In this document: positions 8,399 to 18,183 of the stretch, piece by piece
How the letters are laid out: each line of letters starts with the position of its first letter
How positions within the stretch are numbered: position 1 is the stretch's first letter
From: Candidatus Latescibacterota bacterium
GTDB taxonomy: Bacteria > Latescibacterota > UBA2968 > UBA8231
Assembly: GCA_965217585.1 (NCBI GenBank)
Contig: OZ244561.1
Coordinates: 448,001 to 512,000, forward strand
DNA length: 64,000 nt
Direction: 5' to 3'
The notes under the pieces: generated by a model
Databases searched by the model: none
What the model saw: the letters and a program-made list of their open reading frames with translations, nothing else
What the model was told of the DNA's origin: nothing
Made by a program: the position numbers and the translations under genes

Positions 8399-10435
8399 TC
8401 ACCATATCAACACGAAATTGCCCTGCTTCCCGGTGATAAAATCAATCACCAGCCAAGTGCCGGCCACCACAAAGGCACCCAAGATCATGCCGACGAAAAA
8501 GTACCGGGTCTGACGGTACAAAACGCCGCCGCCGTATTTGAGCACCACGCCCTTTATCGCCCAGGCCAAAAAGACGTTGAACCACATCACCCCCGAGGTG
8601 AAGACCGTCCCGGTCATGGCCAAACCCAGCGGATGAATGGGCCACCACATGACCCGCTGATGCACCCCGATCAGCAGCCACATCAGCCCAGCGCCCACAC
8701 CCGTAAACAGCCAGCCGCCTAGATCCGTAGTCGAGGGACTGCTCATCATCATCGAGATATAGGAGAGGGGAACGGAGGAAGAGGTGAACCAAAACCAGCC
8801 ATTGAGATTGATCCCGCCGTGCCGATAGGACAGGTACAGCACAATCCAGAACGCGCCCGCCAAAGTAACCACCAAGGCCAGCACCATGCCCCAGAAAAAG
8901 GCCCGCTTTCTCCCCCGCACCACCTCGTGGATCATCTTCAGGCTATTGGCGCAAGCCGCCATCGGGAAGGTGACGATATCCGCAGTCCACGGATAGGTGT
9001 AGGCCAGTCCGGTCAAGCCCTTTGGCCCGAGGAAGGAGGAGCCCATGCTGGCCATGACAAAATCGGGCGCGATCAGCGGCGCCCTCACCAGTGCCACCCC
9101 AGCCTCGGCGACAATCCGCGACAAGGCGATGAAAATCAGCATCGCCACCGCGACTAAGAGCAATACCGCCACCAAAGGGATGCCCAAAGCCTCGAGCCAC
9201 ACTACCATGACAACCAAGCCCACCAGCACCGTCCACAAGGCCGCCCGGTACGACATAATCTCGTCGCCATCGTCGCCACCGCCGCGGCTGAAAGCCCGAC
9301 GCGCCACCGCCAGCAAGTGGGAGCGGGCCTTCCACAAAGTATATAGCGCAAATACCAGCATGGCCCCGAGGGCCTGATGGGTCAGATAGGGGGAACTGGG
9401 ATTGCTAAACCAGCCCAGTTTTTCCGTACTGTGGACGCCGAGAATATTGAAACAGCCTTGCTCGACCAAGGCCAGCAAATAGAAAAACCAGATTCCCAAG
9501 GCTAGGTTGCGGTTGATGAAATAGGAAAAACCCACCAGCGAAAAAGAAAACTCAAAGGGCAAGTTGATGGTATCGCGGAACAAGTACATACTGGAGCGAA
9601 AGTACAGCGACGGCCATTGCGGATAGTAATTGTGCAGGGCGTTGCAGCAGCCCACTAGAACGGGCAGGGCAAAACCGATCCACATCTGCGGCTGGCGGAA
9701 GACCGCGCCCACCAAGGACGCCCCCTCGCGTCCGTTGATCATCTCAATGGGAACCTGCATCATCGGATAGAGCAGGCGTTCCCCGTCCATCCACGGCCGG
9801 CGCAAAAGCACCATCAGGCCAATCGACACTAGGTAGAGGGCGATGAGGAAAACGGCCCAATAGCCCAACGCCTCCAACCAGCCTTCCCAAGGCACCGGCA
9901 TCCCCTTGGGCAGGCCCTCGTAGAAATCTTGGATCAATTGCTCATCGCTGGGGGCGATCCAAGCGGGAACATAGGGCTGGATCAGCTCACCCCAATTGTT
10001 TTCGGGGGTGGCGTAATAGAAGACCCCCGTGATCATGGGCAGCAAGTGCTCGACCAAGCCAAAGGTGGGAATCGAGGCCGACACCATCATCATGACGTAG
10101 ATCAGCACCAACTCTTCCCGCCTCAGCGCTAAATTGCGGGCCAAGGTTCCCACCAGGATATTGCCCAACACTAGGTAGAAGAACAGGAAGAGAGCGACTG
10201 GGTTGCTGAAGCACCAAGCCATGAAGGTGCCCTGGATGATGGCGTTGGCGTAGATGGTGCCGACGCCAATGAGCAGGCACAACAGGGCTCCCAACAAAAA
10301 GGCCCGGATGGAAAGGGGCTGGCTCTCCTCGGCAGGAGTTTCTCTCAAGCTGGCCTGTCTGATAAAGGTCTCAGCCATTCGCTCCGACCTCGCCCGTCGG
10401 GCATCCGACTCGCTATGGGAGCCTCTAGGAGCCAT
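8399..10435 (-). CDS. Polytopic membrane protein, DUF6785/DUF6784 (putative peptide-transporter-like) family
   Basis: Many TM segments, with ERLLYPM, WWPIHPLG and IKGVVLKYGG motifs. Start may be MAETF at 10378. Confidence 0.7.
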   Translation of the reverse strand: MAPRGSHSESDARRARSERMAETFIRQASLRETPAEESQPLSIRAFLLGALLCLLIGVGTIYANAIIQGTFMAWCFSNPVALFLFFYLVLGNILVGTLARNLALRREELVLIYVMMMVSASIPTFGLVEHLLPMITGVFYYATPENNWGELIQPYVPAWIAPSDEQLIQDFYEGLPKGMPVPWEGWLEALGYWAVFLIALYLVSIGLMVLLRRPWMDGERLLYPMMQVPIEMINGREGASLVGAVFRQPQMWIGFALPVLVGCCNALHNYYPQWPSLYFRSSMYLFRDTINLPFEFSFSLVGFSYFINRNLALGIWFFYLLALVEQGCFNILGVHSTEKLGWFSNPSSPYLTHQALGAMLVFALYTLWKARSHLLAVARRAFSRGGGDDGDEIMSYRAALWTVLVGLVVMVVWLEALGIPLVAVLLLVAVAMLIFIALSRIVAEAGVALVRAPLIAPDFVMASMGSSFLGPKGLTGLAYTYPWTADIVTFPMAACANSLKMIHEVVRGRKRAFFWGMVLALVVTLAGAFWIVLYLSYRHGGINLNGWFWFTSSSVPLSYISMMMSSPSTTDLGGWLFTGVGAGLMWLLIGVHQRVMWWPIHPLGLAMTGTVFTSGVMWFNVFLAWAIKGVVLKYGGGVLYRQTRYFFVGMILGAFVVAGTWLVIDFITGKQGNFVLIW

Positions 10436-10437
10436 TG

Positions 10438-11268
10438 CTAGCAGAAAGCCCGGTACGCTTCCACCAGTTTGGTCGCCCCCTCCAAGATCAGGTTGCGCTC
10501 GTCCTCGGCCTCAAAGAACAAGGCTCCCTGTTCCACCCAGCGCCGGGCCGCCTCTGGCCCCGAAGCCGTGGTGCCGAACGGGATCCCGTGCTTTTTGCAC
10601 AATTGTAGGATCTCTTCCATCGGACCGCGCACAGCCGGGTGGTCCGGCTGCCCCGGCTGCCCCATTTCCACGGAAAAATCGCCCGGCCCGACATAGACCA
10701 TATCTACCCCCGGCGTCGAGACGATTTCCTCGGCCCGCTCGTAGGCCCGTCGCGTCTCTATGTGTACCACGAGGGATATTTCCTCGTCCTGTGTCGCCAT
10801 CCAAACCCGGTGGTCCGCGACTTTGCAATAGTCGCTGTTGCCGTACCCCGGCGCGGCGGCCCGGGTGCCCAAGGGTGGAAACTTGAGATAGCTGCGCAAG
10901 GTCTTGATGTCCGCCCGCGATTCCGTGCGCGGAAGCTGTAGCCCCACCACGCCGCATTCCAACAGCTTGGCCACTGCGGCTCGTTCTAGCTGCGGGGTTT
11001 TGGCAATGACCGGCAGGCCGTTGTCGCGTGCAGCTTGCACGGTATCGGCTAGCGCGGTTAAATCGAAATAGCCGTGTTCAAACTCGATGTAGATAAAATC
11101 GCAGCCGGCCTGCTGGAAACACTTGACCAGCGACGGCCGCACGTACTCGGCAATCATGCCACCCACCAATACCTCCCCGGCCCGCAAACGAGCCTTGAGC
11201 TGGCGTCCAGGGCCTCCTTCGGGATAGAGGTAGGTATTGAGCGGTTTGTCGGCGACAGGTTTGGGCAT
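10438..11268 (-). CDS. HpcH/HpaI aldolase/citrate lyase family protein
   Basis: DFIYIEFEHG, FPPLGTR, HIET and VYVGPGDFS motifs. Confidence 0.9.
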   Translation of the reverse strand: MPKPVADKPLNTYLYPEGGPGRQLKARLRAGEVLVGGMIAEYVRPSLVKCFQQAGCDFIYIEFEHGYFDLTALADTVQAARDNGLPVIAKTPQLERAAVAKLLECGVVGLQLPRTESRADIKTLRSYLKFPPLGTRAAAPGYGNSDYCKVADHRVWMATQDEEISLVVHIETRRAYERAEEIVSTPGVDMVYVGPGDFSVEMGQPGQPDHPAVRGPMEEILQLCKKHGIPFGTTASGPEAARRWVEQGALFFEAEDERNLILEGATKLVEAYRAFC

Positions 11269-11288
11269 AGTCTACTTTCTCTTTCTCC

Positions 11289-11386
11289 AATAGATCATCG
11301 CGGCTACGGCGTCTTCAAACCGAGCGGTTGTCCAGCGCATAGGCGCGGTTATCGCCGCCGCGGAACAGCGAGCAGCGCTGGGCAGC
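11289..11386 (-). repeat. Degenerate duplicate of the 3' end of the PhyH-family gene
   Basis: 11301..11359 is identical to 12099..12157 (59 bp). Similarity extends across 12087..12200, with a short deletion in this copy. Confidence 0.9.
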
Positions 11387-11412
11387 CGGCGACTGCAAAA
11401 CCTTCGGCTGGC

Positions 11413-11772
11413 TTATTGGCTCTCCGGCACACGCCAGGTACTCTGTGCAATATCCCGCATGACCACTAGTAAACCGGGCCACTCCGCGTCGTCAAATTGC
11501 CGCAACGCTTGCATAATGCGTTGGTGTATCCTGTGTCGGTTCGGTCGCCGTAGCCGTATGATGATCACCCCATGATGTGCCATCGTCCGGTAATGCATGA
11601 ACCCCTTGTCAGTCGTAATCAATAGGTACTCTTCCCGCTGCGCCATCTCCCACAACGCGTCATCTTGCATCCCTTCATCTGGGGTACCGCGAATATCACG
11701 GACGGCATGCCCCATCATGCGCAGGACTTGGACAGTCATGAGGGGGATATGCTCATCGACAAATATCTTCAT
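11413..11772 (-). CDS. DUF5615 PIN-like toxin (VapC45-like)
   Basis: MKIFVDEHI...LLITTDKGF...HGVIIIRL; overlaps the stop of the upstream DUF433 gene. Confidence 0.85.
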   Translation of the reverse strand: MKIFVDEHIPLMTVQVLRMMGHAVRDIRGTPDEGMQDDALWEMAQREEYLLITTDKGFMHYRTMAHHGVIIIRLRRPNRHRIHQRIMQALRQFDDAEWPGLLVVMRDIAQSTWRVPESQ

Positions 11773-12005
11773 GCCTCGTCCGAGAGCAGCTCAAGAGGTG
11801 TTACCTGTTCTTCAGCCAATGACGCCGCATAGTCGAAGCAAGCGAGAATGTCTTCCAATTGCACAGAAGGATATTCTTGCAGGAGCGTTTCAATGGTATC
11901 CCCGTTGGCAAGCATCCGAAGGATTTGATGCACAGGAATGCGCGTCCCTTTAATACATGCTTGGCCGTGACACACTTTGGGATCAACGGTAATTCGGTTG
12001 TCCAT
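11769..12005 (-). CDS. DUF433 antitoxin
   Basis: RITVDPKVCHGQACIKGTRIPV...EYPSV..EDI.AC..YA; AGGAGG lies upstream of the ATG at 12005. Confidence 0.9.
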   Translation of the reverse strand: MDNRITVDPKVCHGQACIKGTRIPVHQILRMLANGDTIETLLQEYPSVQLEDILACFDYAASLAEEQVTPLELLSDEA

Positions 12006-12112
12006 GTTCACACCTCCTGACTTTATAGCGCAATCAATATCTACGTTGGTGGTCTGTCAATCAGCCGTTTTGGGGATGATTGCAAGAATAGAATATCACG
12101 GCTACGGCGTCT

Positions 12113-12925
12113 TCAAACCGAGCGGTTGTCCAGCGCATAGGCGCGGTTATCGCCGCCTATTTGCCAAGTGCCGCGGAACAATGAGCGGCGCTTGGGCAGC
12201 ATGGCCTCGATGATCTCGTGGCTGAGGTTGAGCCGGTGCCATTGGGCCCACAGGGAATTGTAGCAATTGAACACGGCGCAGCGCGGATTGTCCGAGTTGC
12301 GCCAATCGTTGGCTGCGTGTAGCAGGCTTTCGGTGAAGACAATGGCCGAACCGGGCGGGCAGCTATATTGGGCCATGGCCGCCCGCATGCGTCCCTCCCA
12401 GGGCGATTCGCCTATATTGGGCCGGTTGGGATCGGGGCCGCCGTAGTTGAAATGCGCCTTGTGCGAACCGGACAGAAACGTGGTGCCTCCCTGACCGGCT
12501 TTCACTTCTTCAAGCTCCCACACCACCCGCGTCAGCCCGGAAAATATCTTGTTGCCCGCCACTTGGTAGCGCATGGCATTGGCCTGTTGCGGCGGCCGCA
12601 CCACATGCGGCAGGCCGGTGCCCTTGTCGCTTTTCCAGCCGACCTGCCGCACCGTGATAAAGGAATTTTCGCAGCGGAAGCTGTAGTACTCGTCCCCGAG
12701 GTACGGCTCTTCAGCGAGGATCTCGGTGAGGATGCCGACCACCGCCGGATGGTCCAAAAGCTCCTGTAAGGCACCTTGGTAGCCCTGTTTGGTGCCGTCG
12801 TACACCTCGGCCTTCATCGCTGCGATTTCCGCTTCAGACAGCACCGAGGGCAACAAGATCCAGCCTTGGAGGTCGAAAAAAAACTTCTGCTCTTCGGTCA
12901 TGGGCACGGCACTATGCTCGCTCAT
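12113..12925 (-). CDS. Phytanoyl-CoA dioxygenase (PhyH)-like Fe(II)/2OG oxygenase family protein
   Basis: QKFFFDLQGW, GGTTFLSGSHKA and PPGSAIVFTESLLH...R motifs. Confidence 0.8.
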   Translation of the reverse strand: MSEHSAVPMTEEQKFFFDLQGWILLPSVLSEAEIAAMKAEVYDGTKQGYQGALQELLDHPAVVGILTEILAEEPYLGDEYYSFRCENSFITVRQVGWKSDKGTGLPHVVRPPQQANAMRYQVAGNKIFSGLTRVVWELEEVKAGQGGTTFLSGSHKAHFNYGGPDPNRPNIGESPWEGRMRAAMAQYSCPPGSAIVFTESLLHAANDWRNSDNPRCAVFNCYNSLWAQWHRLNLSHEIIEAMLPKRRSLFRGTWQIGGDNRAYALDNRSV

Positions 12926-13053
12926 AGTATTCTCCTGTGAGTCGCTTGAGCTTCTCTTGGTAGATTGTCGTCGAAGAAGCGGCGCTGTTTTTCCTCCAGT
13001 AGGACCAATTCCATTGCTGATTTTACCTCAATGTGTCGAGTGGACCTGAAGCT

Positions 13054-13515
13054 CTAGATCAACTCGGCTTCGCAGCGGGGACACTGTTCCCACGCCGGCG
13101 ATTCCACCGGCTTGTCGCAATCTGGGCACAAGCCGAGAGGATGCTCGTCCTCGCGGCAGCGACGGCCGTCTTTGTAGGTAATGCGACGCCAGACCGTCTC
13201 TCCGTCAGTAGCGTAAAAAGTCCAAGTCCCTGTCTTGCGTCCGTCCGTGCTCTTGCCGCGATATTCGTTGAATTGCCCGGTCTGTTTTCGTTTGCCGTTT
13301 TCATAGTAGGCCACGTGGTCGCCGGTGGGCTGGTTTTCTCGGTAGTGATTGATACTGGCTGGCTGGCCGTTTTTGTGGTACTCCACCCATTTACCCGTCT
13401 TTTTGCCCATGTCGAAAGCGCCTTCGCGCCGCTTGCCGCCGTCGGCGTAGTACAGCACCCAAGGGCCGTGTTTTTTGCCGTTTTTGTACTCGACGTCTTC
13501 GAGATGGCTGGCCAT
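13054..13515 (-). CDS. MORN-variant/YwqK-like repeat protein with C-terminal zinc ribbon
   Basis: Repeated YxNGKKHGxWxxYYxxG units, then CPDC-x11-CPRC. Confidence 0.75.
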   Translation of the reverse strand: MASHLEDVEYKNGKKHGPWVLYYADGGKRREGAFDMGKKTGKWVEYHKNGQPASINHYRENQPTGDHVAYYENGKRKQTGQFNEYRGKSTDGRKTGTWTFYATDGETVWRRITYKDGRRCREDEHPLGLCPDCDKPVESPAWEQCPRCEAELI

Positions 13516-13550
13516 TAATTTATTTTCTTCGCATTAATTCGCCGGTGTGT

Positions 13551-14264
13551 TTACCGGTTGGCCTTCAGCGCCCCCCAACTGGTGTGGGTCACGGCGGTAG
13601 CAGCGGTAGTACGAGTGTACGCGCGGGTGCGGTCGATACCATCCAAGCCCAAGAAAGTAAGTAGAAGACTATCGCCTGCGATTTGGTACGTACCAGTGAA
13701 CTCCATTTGCCCTACCCAAAAGTTGATGGGAGGGGAAAAGAGTTGCTCTAAGTCGGCTCGGTGTTCCTCAGACATCGCTTCTCCATCGCCGATCTCGTAA
13801 ATATCCATAGTGGAAATTTCGGACCACTCGACCTCAGTATCACCCTCATATATGCTGATTTCGTCGATCTCGATCCACAGGCTGTCGCCAGCGGTGCGCC
13901 AAGTACCTATCCAGTCGTAGGTCGCAGCTTTGTTGAAGAGGTCCAATTCTTCTAAGTCCGCCAATGCTTCGTCGGTCAGACCGTCGAAGTAATCAACATT
14001 CAGGGAGTCGAGGCGAACGGTCCACTCTTCTCTAAAGGTCCCGTCTTCTCTGAAGGTCGCGCGGCGGGTAGATTGGCCCGCCAACGTGTCGTAGAAAACG
14101 GTGGCGTTTTCAAGGGTCAACTCGTCTAGGGCGTCGATATGTTTCCAAGCAAAGCCCACCACCTCGATTCCGTCTTGTCTATATTCCCAAGTACCCAGCA
14201 ATCCGTCTTGACCAGCGGCGGGCAAGGCCCAGAGGGCGCATAGGATAGTTATACGGCGCAGCAT
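13551..14264 (-). CDS. Secreted lipocalin-like protein with C-terminal SWGxLKA motif
   Basis: Start MLRRITIL with signal peptide. LLGTW, TFREDGTF, GTW..GDSL and GTYQIAGDSL motifs; ends TAVTHTSWGALKANR. Confidence 0.75.
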   Translation of the reverse strand: MLRRITILCALWALPAAGQDGLLGTWEYRQDGIEVVGFAWKHIDALDELTLENATVFYDTLAGQSTRRATFREDGTFREEWTVRLDSLNVDYFDGLTDEALADLEELDLFNKAATYDWIGTWRTAGDSLWIEIDEISIYEGDTEVEWSEISTMDIYEIGDGEAMSEEHRADLEQLFSPPINFWVGQMEFTGTYQIAGDSLLLTFLGLDGIDRTRAYTRTTAATAVTHTSWGALKANR

Positions 14265-14358
14265 GACAGGTCTTCTCTCTATATGCGGAATGGTATAGGT
14301 ACAATCTACATCCCCTACCTTTCGGATCAAAGAATTTCCATTGCCGACATCGGTTCCC

Positions 14359-15918
14359 TCAAGTAACGCCGCATTCATAAGGCCCCAAGTCCGGGTCGGT
14401 GTTGTGCACGCCGCGATAAGTACTCTTGCCCCGCAAGTAGCGCACCTCCAATTCCACGTCCCGCACATAGATGAGCGGCGTAGCCTCCGGGTCGCGCTCG
14501 TGCAGGGTGCCCTCCACGACGTTGTTGCCCCGCACCGGCCAGTGGGCCTCGTCCAGCCGGAAGACAAACCAGTAACTCGAATGCGAGCGGTAGCGCGGCG
14601 CAGTCATCTGATAGATGTGGTCGATCTTGCGCGTGATATGCGCTGGCAGCTCGTCCCCGTTCAGCTTGAAGCTGAGGCGGTCGCGGTCGGTGGCACGCAT
14701 CAGCCGTATCCGCAAAATCACCTCGTGGACCCGGCCCGCCGCTCCCCAGCGCGGCAGGTCGTCGCTGATGGGCAGGTCTAGGGCTACGGGCTGGTCGAGC
14801 GACAGCGAAGCCGGTAGCTGCATGACGAGTCCCGGGTCGGTCGTCGGCTGTGCGGCTGAACGCCCCGTGGGCGTGGGGATCGCGTAGATTTTGTCTTTGA
14901 CCGCCATCACGTCCGGATGCGGCAGCTCGCGGAGTTGCTCGTAGAAAGACGGGCCGTACGGCCAACTGCCGGCCCAGTGGATTAAGTTTAGCCCATCGAC
15001 GCCCTGTGCCCAGTAGTTGGTCGCGGCGGCGCGCACCATAGCAATGGGGGCCGCGCCCAGCCGGTCCGAATCCACGTTGTTGCGGATGACTCCGTGCACC
15101 CGACACTCCGCGTCTTGGGCCGCCGCGATCAGGGGCCGGAAATCCGCGGTCGCGTCAATCAGGGACATGGACGCGAAGTTCTCCGCCACCAAAACATCGG
15201 CAATCTCCTCGCGAATCCACGTTTCGGGGTCCAGACCAATGGACCGACAACCGGCGATACTAGTGGGGATGCGCAGGGCCAGTTCGCGGTCGGGGCCGCT
15301 TTGCTTGACAGCCTCGCGTACGCGCTGAAGCCAATCGGTGAAGATCCCCCGGCCGCGCTCTATGTCGTCCGAGTGGAAGAAGGCACCGCCGGCGTAGTGA
15401 TTGAGGTTGAGTTCAAAGCCATCCACCGGGTAGTTTTGCAGGGTTTCCGCAATCAGGGCCAAGCGCCGCTCGCGGACCTCGGGTCGCGCAAAATCGGCCA
15501 AAAGGGTATCGCCGATCCGCAAGCTCTCGCCTAAGTCGGCCTGCACCTGCAGCGAGGGGTAGATCAGCAGCCCCTTGGCCCGTGCGCGGTCGCAGACGAT
15601 GTGCAGCAGGTCGTGGCCTTCGGCGATGAGCTGTTGGGCGTTGCGATAGGCGCGCTGGAAGACGAGATGGTCCCAGTGGTGGTCGCCCCCCGGCCGAAAC
15701 TGAGCGGTGGCTGCCGCCTCTGGACCCCAGTGATCGGCCACTTGGGTGTTGTGCAAAAAGGCGTTGCCGAAGCCGAGATTGAAGACCAGGGCCTCAATCG
15801 GCGTTCCCAACAGTTCATCGACCGCAGCCTCGCACCCTTCTTGCGCGACGGGTGGCTCACACATGTAGAGCAAGGTGTGGCGCGAGTCGTTTTCAAACAT
15901 CAGACGGGGTTTGGGCAT
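14359..15918 (-). CDS. Glycoside-hydrolase-like TIM-barrel protein (GHL10/DUF187-like)
   Basis: DFARPEVRERRLALIAE..NYPVDGFELN, GLDPETWIRE and YWAQGVDG motifs. Confidence 0.6.
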   Translation of the reverse strand: MPKPRLMFENDSRHTLLYMCEPPVAQEGCEAAVDELLGTPIEALVFNLGFGNAFLHNTQVADHWGPEAAATAQFRPGGDHHWDHLVFQRAYRNAQQLIAEGHDLLHIVCDRARAKGLLIYPSLQVQADLGESLRIGDTLLADFARPEVRERRLALIAETLQNYPVDGFELNLNHYAGGAFFHSDDIERGRGIFTDWLQRVREAVKQSGPDRELALRIPTSIAGCRSIGLDPETWIREEIADVLVAENFASMSLIDATADFRPLIAAAQDAECRVHGVIRNNVDSDRLGAAPIAMVRAAATNYWAQGVDGLNLIHWAGSWPYGPSFYEQLRELPHPDVMAVKDKIYAIPTPTGRSAAQPTTDPGLVMQLPASLSLDQPVALDLPISDDLPRWGAAGRVHEVILRIRLMRATDRDRLSFKLNGDELPAHITRKIDHIYQMTAPRYRSHSSYWFVFRLDEAHWPVRGNNVVEGTLHERDPEATPLIYVRDVELEVRYLRGKSTYRGVHNTDPDLGPYECGVT

Positions 15919-16102
15919 GAGTGCGTCCTCCTTTAGTCGTCTGGTCGGACAAACGACGGGGCGGTAATCGAATGTATTGTCGGCCGCTTGCTTTCTCTTG
16001 CGCTTTGAGATCCTGCACGATCAAATCCAAATCGTATCCGAACCGCGCCGCATGTTCTTGCCTAATTCGCCGCACTTCGGCGACGATCGGATCGTCTCTC
16101 AT
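15893..16102 (-). CDS. Small protein of the DPIVxEVRRIR type (putative orphan antitoxin)
   Basis: MRDDPIVAEVRRIRQEHAARFGYDLD resembles small proteins I recall lying downstream of PIN-domain genes. Confidence 0.6.
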   Translation of the reverse strand: MRDDPIVAEVRRIRQEHAARFGYDLDLIVQDLKAQEKASGRQYIRLPPRRLSDQTTKGGRTHAQTPSDV

Positions 16103-16163
16103 AGCTCATCTTCCGCGTATTAAAAATTTAGATTATATACCTGAGTGCCCAACCCGGCAAACA

Positions 16164-16200
16164 GAAGCCCCCGGACCCTGATGTAGGGACCGGGGGCTTC
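16164..16200 (-). terminator. Intrinsic terminator-like hairpin
   Basis: gaagcccccggaccct-gatgt-agggaccgggggcttc: 16-bp stem with one mismatch, downstream of the 16246 stop codon. Confidence 0.7.
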
Positions 16201-16245
16201 CTTGTGAAGGAGCCTTTAGTTTCGCTCCGAAATTCGCCGAGGCTT

Positions 16246-16875
16246 TTACCAGCCGGCCTTGAGGGCACCCCAACTGATGGGGGCCACGGCCGTAGCGCCG
16301 GCAGGACGGGTGTACACGCGGATGCGATCCATGCCGTCCCAATCTGAGGAAGAAAGAGAAAGCATCTTGCTTTTGAGTTGGTACGTGCCGGCGAAAGATA
16401 GCTGCTCTTTGAAAAAGACGACGGCGATGGTGGCGAGTTCCTCAAAGGCGGCGATATCCTCCTTGGAGATCGGTTCCTCTTCCTCAGCGGCCATCTCGCG
16501 GATCTGACGGATAAACTCAGCGGGCATTTCGGATATGGTGATCTCGGTACCGCCTTGAGAAGATATAGTGGCTTTTTCTAACTCCAACCACAGGCTGTCG
16601 CCAGCGGTATGCCAAGTGCCCGTCCCACCGTAGGTCACTAGTTGGCTGTCACCAGAGACAAACCAAAGGTTCGTCCCGCCGTAAGTCGCGGAATCGGCGA
16701 GGCCCACATCTTCGTCTGATTTCGCAAGCCAGTCGTCAAGGTCGTCGCCGAAGTAATAAACGCTCACCACATCGAGGTGGAAGGTACCGTCTTCTTTGAT
16801 GGTCAAGCGGCGGGTGGATCGCCCGGCCTGCGTGTAGTAGTGAACGGTGCCATTTTCAAGGGATAATTCCTCTAA
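16246..16875 (-). pseudogene. 5'-truncated paralogue of the lipocalin-like SWGxLKA protein
   Basis: Homology to 13551..14264 begins at EELSLENG. The signal peptide is missing and IS sequence occupies its place. Ends TAVAPISWGALKAGW. Confidence 0.75.
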
Positions 16876-18060
16876 CCGACCAAGATCAAAGGAGAGTCTT
16901 ATGAGCAGCAGCGAACAGGTATATACTCGATTGATGAGTACGTTGCAAGCGATCGTGCCGGTATCGAATCGCAAACAGTTGGTCAACTGGGCTTGGCTTG
17001 CGGTGGCTATTTTCCAAGCGAAGTCGATTGCCTTGAGTCAGATCGCCGTTTTTCTGCCGGGTTCGGCCAAGGCCGAGTCGCGAGTGATGCGGCTGCGGCG
17101 TTGGTTGTCGAGTCAGCAGTGCTCGGTGTGGGCGCTGTATCGCCCGCTGCTTGTGCATGTGCTGGCCCCGTTTGCCGGGCGGGCGGTGTATGTGATCTTG
17201 GATGGGACGTTGGTGTTCGGCAATCGCATGCAGATTTTTCGGTTGTCATTGGTGCATAAGAATCGAGCCATTCCTCTGGTATGGAAGGTCATCCCGGGTA
17301 AAGGCAACACCCGCGTGTCGCAGTTGGAAGGCATGTGGACGCAAGCCGCTGAGGTGCTCAACGGGTCGGTCGGCTCGGTGACCTTGTTGGCGGATCGGGG
17401 CTTCCGGGATCATCACTGGACGGCCTTATGTCTACGGCTCGACTGGCAGTACGTCCTGCGCCTACCGGCCAACACCTGGGTGAACCTACCCGATGGGTGG
17501 AGCGGGCGCATCGATCAGTGGGCGGTGCCCCAAGGCCGTCGTCGCTTTTATCCACAGGTTACGCTCACGAAAAAGGCGACGCTGACCACCGCCCTGTCGG
17601 TGGGTTGGACCCACCCCACCGCCAAGCAACCCGCCGAGCGGATCGCCGTCCGCTCCGATCAACCCGCCGGCCCCGCCCGCCGGCGCGCCTATGGCAAACG
17701 GATGCTGATTGAGCAGAGCTTCAAAGAAGACCAATCCGGCGGCTTCGATCTGGATCATACCCGCTTGCTCAATCCCCAACGCCTCGAACGCCTGCTGCTG
17801 GCGGTGGCGTTGGCCACCTTGTGGGCGCACGAGTTGGGCGAATAGGTCCTCCGAGGAGGCCCCGCCCGCCGACAGACCATCGATGCGGGCACCCGGCGCG
17901 AACTGAGTCTGTTTCAATTGGGTCTCCGGTGGCTCAAACGGTGTATCGCCCTCCAACTCCAGCGCTTGCCAGCGTTCAAAGGACGGTTGGCACCCACGGG
18001 AATAAGAACCGTTGGTAAAACCAACACAGCCACCACAAAGTAAAAGTGTAAGGGAATCAG
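16876..18060 (+). mobile_element. Decayed IS4-like insertion sequence
   Basis: Transposase frame plus a plausible right end (aaagtgtaagggaatcag). No matching left inverted repeat is visible. Confidence 0.75.
16901..18043 (+). pseudogene. IS4-family DDE transposase with in-frame nonsense codon
   Basis: ILDGT, LLADRGF and YGKRMLIEQSF motifs. TAG at 17843-17845, after which the frame continues (RRELSLFQLGLRW) to TAA at 18043. Confidence 0.85.
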
Positions 18061-18183
18061 AGAATGTACAATATCTACCTTTGGGAACAAATTGGGAACA
18101 AATTAAAAATTTGGTGCGAAAAACCTAACTCCATATTATTCCCCCGATTCCCCTAGTCAATCACCCCCACCCTAGGAATCCCC

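Noticed and set aside
17843-17845. Programmed TAG readthrough (pyrrolysine or recoding) in the transposase
   Set aside because: Many intact genes here end in TAG and the element shows other signs of decay, so a nonsense mutation is the simpler explanation.
11289-18110. Integron cassette array or prophage
   Set aside because: No integrase, repeated attC-like palindromes or phage genes are present.
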